A stretch of DNA of 64,000 bases from Leucoraja erinacea (lineage: Eukaryota), in NCBI RefSeq assembly GCF_028641065.1, contig NC_073387.1, forward strand, positions 21,700,001 through 21,764,000, written 5' to 3'. Below, in pieces: positions 12,440 through 23,537 of the stretch (positions within the stretch are counted from its first letter, which is position 1; the number at the start of each line of letters is the position of its first letter). Made by a program: the position numbers and the translations under genes. The notes under the pieces were generated by a model. It searched no databases. It was not told the DNA's origin and saw only the letters and a program-made list of their open reading frames with translations.

Positions 12440-14130
12440 AAAGCTTCTTTAGGTATGTGACGAGGAAAAAATTAGTTTAGACCAAAGTTGGACCGTTGAA
12501 GACCGAAAAAGGTGAATTTATTAGGGGGAACAAGGAAATGGCAGATGAGTTGAACAGGTACTGTGGATCTGTCTTCACTAAGGGAGTCTGAATCCCAAGG
12601 TACCCAAGGAAATGGCTCTAGAAATCGTGGATGCATTGGTGATATTTTTCCAAAGTTCTATAGACTCAGGATCAGTTCCTGTGGATTGGAGGGTAGCCAA
12701 CGTTATCCCACATTTTAAGAAAGGCGGGAGAGAGAAAATAGGGAAGTATAGATCAGTTAGCCTGACATCGGTGGTGGGGAGTGCTGGAGTCAATTATAAA
12801 AGATGAGATAGCCGCACATTTGGATAGCAGTAACAGGATCAATCCGAGTCAGCATGGATTTACGAAGGGGAAATCATGCTTGACTAATCTTTTGGAATTT
12901 TTTGAAGCTGTAACTGGGAAAATGGACAAGGGAGAGCCAGTGGATGTAATGTATCTGGACTTTCAGAAAGCATTTGATAATGTCCCACATAGGAGATTAA
13001 TGGGCAAAATGAGGGCACATGGTATTGGGGGTAGAGTGCTGACATGGACAGAGAAGTGGTTGGCAGACAGGAAACAAAGAGTAGGGATTAACGGGTCCCT
13101 TTCGGAATGGCAGGCAGTGACTGGTGGGGTACCGCAAGGCTCGGTGCTGGGACTTCAGCCATTTACAATATACATCAATGATTTTGATGAAGGGGTGCCA
13201 AGTGACATGAGCAAATTTGCAGATGACACAAAGTTGGGTGGCAGTGTGAGCTGTGACGAGGATGCTATGAGAATGCAGGGTGACTTGGACAGGTTGGGGG
13301 AGTGGGCAGATGCATGGCAGATGACATTTAATGCGCATAAATGTGAGGGTATCCACTTTGGCAGATTATTACCTAAATCGCGTCAAGTGGGGAAAAGGGG
13401 AAGTACAACGGGATCTGGGAGTCCCTGTTCATCGGTCTATGAAAGTAAGCATGCAGGTACAGCAGGCAGTGAAGAAAGCGAATGGCATGTTGAACTTTAT
13501 AACTCGAGGAATCGAATATAGGAGCAAAGAGGTCTTTCTGCAGTTGTACAGAGCCCTAATGAGACCACACCTGGAGTATTGTGTGCAGTTTTGGTCCCTT
13601 AATTTGAGGAAGGACATTCTTGCTATTGAGGAAGTGCATCGTAGGTTTACAAGGTTAATTCCAGGGATGGCGGGACTGTCATATGCTGAGAGAATGGAGC
13701 AGCTGGGCTTGTACACTCTGGAGTTTAGAAGGATGAGAGGCGATCTCATTGAAACATATAAATTTGTTTCGGGTTTGGACACGCTAGAGGTAGGAAACAT
13801 GTTCCCGATGTTGGGGGAGTCCAGAACCAGGGGCCACTGTTTAAGAATAAGGAGTAAGCCATTTAGAATGGAGACGAGGAAACACTTTCTCACAGAGAGT
13901 GATGAGTCTGTGGAAATCTCTGCTTCAGAGGGCGGTAGAGGCGGGTTCTCTGGCTGCTTTCAAGAGAGAGCTAAATAGGGCTCTTAAAAATAGCGGTCAG
14001 GGGACATGGGGAGAAGGCGGGAACTGGGTACTGATTGGGGATGATCATCCATGATCACATTGAATGGCGGTGCTGGCTCGAATGACCGAATGGCCTACTC
14101 CTGCACCTATTGTCTATTGTCTATTCTCTA
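12440..14130 (+). mobile_element. 5'-truncated CR1-type LINE
   Basis: SQHGFTKGKSCLTNL, DFQKAFD, GVPQGSVLG and KFADDTKL motifs with frameshifts; (CTATTGT)n tail; flanking ACAATAAA duplication. Confidence 0.92.
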
Positions 14131-15164
14131 CTATCACAATAAACTGTGACCTTCTTGAAAATATTGGTCAAAGTTAGTACATGAATCTTCGTTGCAACAT
14201 AATGCTGGCCAACTTAATAGATTCAAAATTGACAATATTTCTCTCTTTGTAGCTTTGATTCTCCCACCTAATATTTCCGTAAAATAATTATCAACGACAA
14301 TATCGAAAATATGTGGATGGTTCCAATATAATTTACTGTTGTACAATATAAATTTGAAGTACTGACTGAAGCTAATACCTTTTAATTATGTCACTTTCGC
14401 AGTATTGGAAATAATAACCCGTATAGAATTTTGGTTTTGTTTGAAATCATAGGCCGAACGGTGCTAAGAAGTGAAAATGTAGAAGGATTGATAATAACTT
14501 TGAACTATGTGTGCTGTACCGTCCTTTTTCTATCATCTATTACACCGGATTCAAATCCATTCATCTGCAAGACACTTTCTGAAGTTCATCAATTACCTTT
14601 TTCAAATTAACATTAAAAAGAACAACATAGGTAAACAACATAGGTAAACTAACGAAGATGATGATAGTCGATCAAAGAACAACTTGGTATTCGTTGCATT
14701 TTCTCGCAATTTGCAGCAAATCACTGACGTGACGCATTGTCCACGCCTTCAAACATATCAAAACATCACGATAGGCATATTGCGAGAAAACATAACGGGG
14801 TTTGTGAAACTATATAATAGTGCCTATATATTAGTAAAATATTAATAGGAAAACCAGTAAGCAACGTTACCTCACTTTTATGCACAGCACTGATAAGATA
14901 TTGGCTTTGATTAGTCCCATGAGAGATGGTGGGAGGTGAAGTGGTGTGTTGATGGACTCACAAATCTCCTTATTCTCAGTCCATAATATGTTCTGCCCCA
15001 TGTACCTGGACCGCTGAAGGTATATTTCCAATCGAAAAGGTTTCAACACAGACATTTGATCTGGATCATGGTATTTTCAGATCGTAATGTAGCCCAGCAT
15101 CTTAGCTGTAGAAAGGCAAAGTAAGTCGAAGTACTATTATATCATTGAGACTCGATGAGACTCA

Positions 15165-15290
15165 ATGAACTGCGGTTGCTGGAATCTTGAGCGACACAAC
15201 AAGTGCTGGAAGAAGTCAGCTTGTCATGCAGCATCAATGGAGGGAATGGATAAATGACGTTTCGGGTCGGGACCCTTCTCGAGACTGCAA
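15165..15290 (-). repeat. Penelope-derived terminal-repeat fragment (degenerate hammerhead motif)
   Basis: Minus strand GAGAAGGGTCCCGACCCGAAACGTCA...GATGCTG...TCCAGCAC. Confidence 0.65.
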
Positions 15291-16139
15291 AAAGCGGCTT
15301 CAGCCAAATACAAAGTTAATATTCCACGTCGAAATGTACATCAGAACAAAGAGATTGCCTCTACACGATTGAAACCAGTGTAATCACATTGACGAAAACA
15401 ATAGAGTTTTGTATAAAATAAAATTGGATTTAGGAAGAAGCGGAAGAAAAGACAACATGGCTTTACCAGTGATCTCTTCGATGTTCGCCACTTCACGGAT
15501 GTTTCATTTCTGTTTCCATCCTCCTTCGCTTCTTGCAATTGCAGTTGCGTAAAATCTGTTACATGTCTGCAATTTATTTCTTCAAATTCTGAGTAAAGTT
15601 CATGGCGTGAAATGACAATTTTATTTATTTTAGAACGCATATATACGACATGCTGCCTACGTCCTGCATTTCTCTTTGTATCGTATGCAGTATTTTGCTT
15701 CCCTTTATTTGTACTCCTACGAACGTACTTAATTTGAGAGTGTATGTCTGCCAATAGAGAGGTACGCGCGCGCGCACACGCACACACGCACACACGCACA
15801 GATGTACACGTCAACCTAAAGCCTGCAATATTTAGACTAACTCAACCTTGTCCATAAGCTAAGGTATCAGAGGGCTCCATCAGAATTCCTCTCCTCATGA
15901 ATACACAATAATGGAACAATGAACGAACCATGTATCAAATGAACAAATTATATTTGCTTTTGATTAGTACTGATTACGATATATCAATGGAGGAAGAACA
16001 GTACTTCTCTCTAATATCCATCCTTCTTGGATGCAATGAGGATTGCAAAGCATGAAATTAACAAATGCCTGAAACGTCACTGTTTATAATCAAAAGTTGT
16101 CACATCACTGTGGCATTACTGATTGGAATATCTAACATT

Positions 16140-16480
16140 CAGTCATAGTGCCATCGAGTTATACAGCACGGAAACAGGCCCTTCAGCCCAACCTGGCAAT
16201 GCCAAAAAAGGTGTTCCATAAATGCGAGTTCCACCTTCCGGCGTTTGGACCAGAATCCTCTAAGCCTTTCCTACCCATGTACCTGTCCAATCGTATTTTA
16301 ACAGTCTGAAGAAGGGTGCTGACCTGAAAGATTACCCATCTCTGCTCTGCACGGATGCTGCCTGACCCGCTGATTTACTCCAGCACTTTTTGTCTGTCTT
16401 TTTAAAGTTGTTATAGTACCTGTCTCACCTACCTCCGCTGGCAGCTTGTTTCATATCCCCATCAGTCTCGGTATGAAATG
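16140..16480 (-). mobile_element. CR1-type 3' end fragment interrupted by a Penelope-derived fragment (16302-16400, +)
   Basis: ATACAGCACGGAAACAGGCCCTTC tail resembles 52862ff; the insert starts GTCTGAAGAAGGGTGCTGACCTGAAA. Confidence 0.65.
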
Positions 16481-17499
16481 TTGCTCTTACACAATGGAAA
16501 ACAGGCACAGCACCGTATGGAGTACATAATTCCAAGAGGATGGTGCATAGATGTTCAATACTTCAATTGTACTTTATTGTTACATGTTCCTTGGTATAGT
16601 AACATTTCCCTTTTGCCCCTTTAATTCCATAAAAATGATAGGCAAGTAAAACTGACATTCTCATCATAGATTTTATCCCGGGAATTAACAGGCGTAAAAT
16701 GCGAATCGTCCTCACTTTCATGTGCATCTAATTGTATTCTGTCTATTAGCAGATTCGCGCAATATCAAATGTGGTCAGGTTTGTATGGAATGTAAACTGT
16801 CTCGTTTAATAGTATTGCAACGGCACCTTACACTGAACGAAGACCTGTTAAGGATGCAACAAATTAACTTTTATTTCACTAGGGAGAGATATATACTAAT
16901 TAGCTGCAACCAATACTTAATGCGGTTCACTCTCTTCATGTGTTTCACATTTTCCTTATCCTTGGAGATTCCTATTTTTCATAGATTAAGAGCTACTCTT
17001 TTCAAATATAATGCTAATGATGTTTGTTTACCTTGGTTCTGCACTGTACTACACCATTGTCAATGTGTATTTGGGGATGTAGTCGAGGTTATATCAGAGC
17101 ATCGAATCACAGCATAGACCATGTTGGAGGAAGTGCGCACGTACCTTTGCCTCACTTGGAAGTGCTATTTACGTCCCCGTATGCCGGTGAGATAAGAGTT
17201 ATGCGACCAAGTGCTGTGCAACCACCAGGTTTATGAGGAAAGGGCTAGGGATTATGGAGAGATATATGAGGAGGGATGGGAGAACAAGGCTATCACGGAG
17301 AACGGGGGTCCACCGGAAAACGTGAAGTGTTGGGAGGAAGATGTGGTGGGGTTCCGCTGTCGCTGATTAAAATGAGGAAGATCATATGCTGGATGTGATG
17401 GCTGGTTGGGATGTAGGGTGAGGATTAGAGAGCTTTATCGCTGCTCGTTTGGAGGGAGGGAATTTGATTGGATAGTTTGCAAAACAGAGCTTTTCATTG

Positions 17500-18000
17500 T
17501 ATGTCGGTGGACGTGACAATAATCACCTGATCCTAAAGTTGGCCCCTGTTGTAACTTCCTTTCAGGAGGCCAACGGGTTTAATCCAGCAAATTACAGTAT
17601 GACGTGCCTTACATTAATGGCAGGAAAGTTATTGGAGAGGATTCTTAGGAGTCGGATTACTTACATTTGGCTAATCACTGACTTATTATGAAGGGTCAGC
17701 ATGGCTTTGTTCGTAGCGGGTTCTGTCTCACATGCCTGATTGAGTATTTTGGATGAGATGACGAATTTGATTGATGAGGGAATGGGAGTGAATGCTGCTG
17801 ACATGGACTTCCTTAAGACATACGGTTGGTCCCTCGCGGTAGGCCAATCCCGAAGTGTAATGTGCATGATGAGTCCATAAGATTCCAAATTGGCGTGGCC
17901 AGAGAAGACAGACGATAGTGGTGGAAGTGTGTTTATCTGACAGGTGGTCTGTGACTATGAGTGTTTCACGAGGTTTAGTGCTGGGATTATTTTAGTCAAG
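17500..18000 (+). mobile_element. Old degenerate CR1-type RT fragment
   Basis: NPANYS...LTLMAGKLLERIL, plus QHGFV...SCLT-like remnants. Confidence 0.65.
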
Positions 18001-18059
18001 TTATTCGTTGGAGTTGCTTTTGCAGTCGAAACGATTAAAAACAATAAAGACTGAAACGT

Positions 18060-19465
18060 AAAGCACCAACGGAAAGTGTAAGGCATATGTTGTCAGTAGA
18101 GGGCGGTTGATCAACTTCAGGACTACCTTGAGTCAGTAGACCGGAACATGCTCATGGCCACTTCATCCAGTTGTAATGGATATATTCTGTCAAGGACAAT
18201 TTAGGGATATTTTAGCCATAACCCATGCATGAACAGGCAGACACCCACTCTCTACTAAGGCCCGGACCTAAAGCCTTCGAGAAGGATGATATTGCGCTAG
18301 ACAAGAATGCTTCGTATGATCTCTACAAGACTCTCGGGGATAAAAGGGAGACCTTTGAAACGACCCAGATGATCAATTTAGTCATGTAGATGCCAGCTGT
18401 TAAGGCCATCAGGGGCTCCAAACCAAAGTTATGGAAGTTTCTAGTAATAGCTCACTTCTAGTGATGATTCCTTTTAAATCAATGTTTAGCAGGCACTATA
18501 TACAACAGTGGCACAGTCAGATCGGCTTGCTTTAATAAGAGAACATTCTTGGAAAGTGGCCAACCTAAATAAAGTTCCTGCATTGGTTCTGAAATTGTGA
18601 GCCAATGAACTGGCCATAGTTTTCTATTATCATCTCTAACCTCCGACGTCAGTAGATTTCTGTGTCGATCTGCTTCAAGTAACCTCCATTATGATAGCAC
18701 TCACGGTTCTCCGATAATCTGTGCGCACAATGCTATGAAAAAATGGTATTGGTCACATGTTTTCCATTATCATGCTCTGAAACGAAACACTCCGACGTCA
18801 GTGGGTTTTCTGTGCCGATCTGATGGTTCAAACAGGAAATAACCTGCCATTATGACAGCACTCACGACAAAATAGTGATCCAGGGGTCTCAATGACGACC
18901 GCCCGATAGCTCTAACACTGAACATAATGAAATGCTATGAAAGAATGGAATTGCAGGGAAATATGTCTTCAGAGTATGCCAGCTACCTTGTATAGCATTA
19001 CGCCATGAATCATCTTGACAACAGAACACCTTTGGCAAGATGCTCTCCGTTAAGTGCAGCTCAGACTTCAGTGCCATAATACATAATAAGATCACCTCAA
19101 AACATCTGAACTTTGGCCTTATTGCCTTCATCCGCAAATGGCTTCTGGAAATGTTGACCAGCAGATCTTAGACAGTTGGAAATTATTATTGCTGTTTATC
19201 ATCATTTTCCCATTGACGGAGCTGCCATCCCGTCCTCTTGTCCTTATCTGCTCCTGATTTAGTTATTATGTTATTAACCTTACGTGTCCTTTTGCATTAT
19301 TCGGATTTGCATTGCAATTTTGTTAACATTCTGCCGTTTCACAAAATTTACTGTTCTATTTTTCTTTATCCTATGTATATTCTATTCTCGGTGAGCACCG
19401 TGTTTGCAGGGAACCTCGTTGCACCTGGCGCATATGACAATAATCTAACCTAATACAATCTAGTC
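18060..19465 (+). mobile_element. Old degenerate Rex1/Babar-type LINE with an internal ~75-bp duplication
   Basis: LQDYLESVD and NDDRPIALTLNIMKCYER remnants; 3' end TGACAATAA + short repeats; 18640-18706 is repeated at 18790-18866. Confidence 0.6.
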
Positions 19466-19591
19466 TACCGAAGAAAGCTGCAAAAATGATACAGCAAGAT
19501 AAAGATGGAGACATGGCCGGAAAAGTGGATTCTGAATTCAGTAGTGAAAGTATAACGTGCTGTTCTTTGCTATATAATCATATCTGTCTAA

Positions 19592-20210
19592 ATTGATTTA
19601 TATAGTCATTTCTGTATTTGATTTTGTATCACAGCCTGTAAGTAAAACCAAACATTAAATAATCCAAATGTTTCATATCTGGATGCTTAATCTACGTAGT
19701 GGAATTTTTATTTCCTTTTATATGCTTTTGCCAAAGCAATATAACTGATAAGACGAAGCATGCATATTTGGAGGATGATGTGCCGTCGTCATTAGAAAGA
19801 GATGTCACTGTGGAGTGCGCGCGCGCGCACGTGGGCATGTTTGTGTGCGTGACTGTGAGCAGGGACCTCGTTGGGAGGGACCGAAGACACAGATACAGAA
19901 AGAAGAGAGAAGGAGATAGACAGTAGTGAGAGAGAGAGCGGTTCTTTGAGATTGATTTATATAGTCATTTCTGTATTTGATTTTGTATCACAGCCTGTAA
20001 GTAAAAACAAACATTAAATAATCCAAATGTTTCATATCTGGATGCTTAATCTACGTAGTGGAATTTTTATTTCCTTTTATATGCTTTTGCCAAATGCAAT
20101 ATAACTGATAAGACGAAGCATGCATCTTTGGGGGATGAGGTGCCGTCGTCATTAGAAAGAGGTGTCACTGTGGAGTGCGAGCGCGCACGTGGGAATGTTT
20201 GTGTGCGTGA
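19592..20210. repeat. ~260-bp direct duplication (period 359 bp) next to the assembly gap
   Basis: 19592-19852 is almost identical to 19951-20210. Confidence 0.9.
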
Positions 20211-20231
20211 GAGAGGGATGGGGGGGGGGGG

Positions 20232-20394
20232 NNNNNNNNNNNNNNNNNNNNNNNNNNNNNNNNNNNNNNNNNNNNNNNNNNNNNNNNNNNNNNNNNNNNN
20301 NNNNNNNNNNNNNNNNNNNNNNNNNNNNNNNNNNNNNNNNNNNNNNNNNNNNNNNNNNNNNNNNNNNNNNNNNNNNNNNNNNNNNNNNNNNNNN
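20232..20394. other. Assembly gap (163 N)
   Basis: Run of N preceded by a G homopolymer. Confidence 1.
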
Positions 20395-20697
20395 ATTTAC
20401 CAGGGTTGTTGGGTTCTCGTGGAACTACCAGTACTCAGAGACTGGAAGAGTAATGTATCATCTGCCTGGATACGGTTGACAGTCAGAACCTTTTGTAACA
20501 TGTGTGTTTGTCCGGAAGGGGCCTTCGAAAGGCTTTGCGGTTGCTGGCTTCTCCTGCAGCAGTAAGCTGCGTCCCAACGTCTCTAGTCGGTCGCCCCAGT
20601 AGGGCAAGACCTCCCTATGATCGGGTCCACTTTCCTGAGATTAGCAGCTAGAGGTGGTGGTTTTCATCAGCTGGAAGCGTTTCAGAAGAATTGGGGT

Positions 20698-20974
20698 TGG
20701 TTTAGTTTAAGATTAGAGATACTGAGTGATAACAGGCCCATCGGCCACCGAGTCCGCGCCGACAAGCGTTCGTCCAAACAATAATTCTATACTACACAAT
20801 AGGACATTTTACAGAAGCTACTTAAGCTACTTAACCTAAAAACCTGCACCCGGAGAAAACCCAAGCGGTCACAGGGAGAACTTACAGACTCCGTACAGAC
20901 AGCACCCGTCGTCACGACCGAATTCGGGTCTCCACCGCGGTAAGGCAGAACGTCTACCGCTGCACTGTGCCGCC
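20698..20974 (-). mobile_element. HE1/V-SINE-like SINE
   Basis: Reverse complement of the 5860 family, with tRNA-like head and (CTAAA)-type tail. Confidence 0.75.
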
Positions 20975-23537
20975 AATTCAGTTATTATTGAGATATTCAG
21001 TTCAATGTTTATGTATACGTGCTGTTTCCATCGGCTAGCTATTACGATACAGCATAAAACTGTCTTTTACGCACGGCATTGTAGGCTAATTTATCTTCAT
21101 TTAGGTTAAATTATTTCTTAAATATATTACTGATCATTCTTCATTACATTTTCAGTTTACATTTCCCAGAAATAAAAAAAATATATAACTTATAAACCCC
21201 GTTTGTCTCTATAATATTTATTTCGCCGCAAAATTTCAGATAGGCGTCCAGAAGATATTTTTTCTCGCTACCCCCAAAATATTCCGTACACTTATTCGTT
21301 GTAGATTGCCTTAAACTGGGGTAACAGAAAACCACATCACGTCCAGTCGTCTCACATGCCGGTGCTGCAGGTAGGCCCAGCGAAATGATTTTAATTTTGT
21401 ACACGAGAGAACATATGACCTTTATATACTAAGGATAACGTACCTTTAATTTATGTTAGTTTGTTATCTAATTCTATGTGCTTGTGGTGCTATTGTAAGC
21501 AAGGATTTATTAGTACCCGTACCTCACCGTGCTTGTGTATATGCCAATAAACTCGACCTGAAACGTAAAGATTTGCTGGATTTCAATGCATATTTTAATG
21601 ACCATTCTTTCTTTACAAAATGTGTCTTCTTCGAATAATTTTTATATTAAAAGGGGGAATGGAATGCCATCCCTCCCTTCATAAGAGATTATACTTCAAA
21701 TTAAGCATTTCACAAGATTCACTAAAGAAATATCGGAATTTACTGAACCTTCATGCAAATGCTGGCCAAAAACTGAACACCGGTTAATCCCACTGCCCAG
21801 ATCCACTCTTCAGGTCGAATCTGGTACTTTTAAAATTGATGGAAGGCTTACTTTTCCACCATCCCCCGGGTCACTAATTCCCAGAACTCCACCAGTTATC
21901 GTATTTAACATTCTTAATTCAATTTAATCCTTTCATTCATTATCGCAATTCAACGTTCACTAAATACTGAATATCTACAGATTCTTCCATTTCAAGACAA
22001 CCAGGAACAGCATCAATGCACATATCTTTAAATCTACTTCGATGTGTTTTATTCGGAAAGCACAATCCAAGTCACGTAAGAGACGAAATTGTAAATTTAA
22101 GACAATAGTGAGGATCATAACACAAGAATCCTTTGGCGTTCTCTATCGAGATAACTGTCTAGTCCAAGTCGAATCTACTTGAGAAGGAAACAGTCAAATT
22201 TCCGGACAAACGTCATAACATCTACGAGGAGGATGCTCATCCATGATAATCTTAAACTGGCTCCAGGGTCGACATGACTGATAGTCTTCCAGCAATATGC
22301 TAACGAGATTTTCTATGGCTCACGAAGGAAGGAACATATTTATCACCTAATAGAACAATTACACAATTACGTGAAAAATACTACAATGGTGGTACTATAT
22401 ACTTATTCCTAGGTACAGCAGGTGTGGACCAGAAGCCAGTGAGATACCAAATCACGGGATTTAATGATTATTAATAAGAACAATATGAAGAATAATTACA
22501 ACACATACAATTCTCTATTGAATTATAATAAATATTTTCCCATTTTCAGTCACAAAGCGAATTTGCATGCTGGTCAAAAGTGGGCACGGGTTAATACCAT
22601 TTCCCAACCTGTCTCTTCTGATTTAATCATTCTCTTGTGCCGTTTTCTTTTTTCATCTATGGTCTAGTCCCTAATTACCAGCCTCGGCACGCATTGAATT
22701 TTGTACATAAATCTATCTGCTCTTTTCATTGAGTATCTTAATTCAACATTGTCCATTTACTGCCTCTATGCTTTCGGCGATAGATTATTTCGGTTCAGCC
22801 CACCCAAGAGCAGTGTCAATATGTACATATGTAAATCTCCTTGGATGTGCTTTCTTCAGAAAATACAAGCCCATTCATCACTTAAGAGACGGAGTCGCAC
22901 ATTTAAGATAGCCACGAGGGGAATGTTTCGCTCACTACATAAGGATATTGTGGTGTTCTCTCTCACACGTAGTTGACGATGCCAAATCGTTGAATCTGCT
23001 TCAGAAAAAGACAGATCTTAACAGGAAATGCAACAATATGTATGAGGAGAGGGAGAAAACAAAATATTGATGGTCATCTGTGATATTATTGAGCTCACTG
23101 GAAATGTCAAATGGCCCACCTTTCTCAAATGTTCTGTACTTCCACAGAAGTAAAGTTCTGCACCCTAAGAAAATCCTCCCCCACGCCAAATCATCTCTGA
23201 TTCATTATGGCGCAATGGTAACCGTCCTGTAATGTTAACCAGGATATTATTTTGTGCTCATGCATGAAGGACAATATTTATTCCAATACACTCGGCACAA
23301 ACTATGAGGCCAAACGTTTAACATTATAAGACGAACACTTACTCCGAGGTACAGCAGATTAAATCTAGAAGCCAGCGAGATATAACATTATTCGGAAATA
23401 TCCAATGACTATTGCTAGGGGCAATAGAGCGCCACGAAGAAAAATGATTACAACACACAACATTATATTTTGAATTATATTAAGCATTTTTCTGCATTTA
23501 ACCCATCAGTCACAAAGTGAAATTGCACTCCAACAGC

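Noticed and set aside
14867-15600. Possible constant exons between exons C and B (GAG|GTAAC at ~14868; CTG|GTAAAG at ~15465)
   Set aside because: Poor acceptors and no resemblance to Pcdh constant-region motifs I know; cannot be excluded without RNA data.
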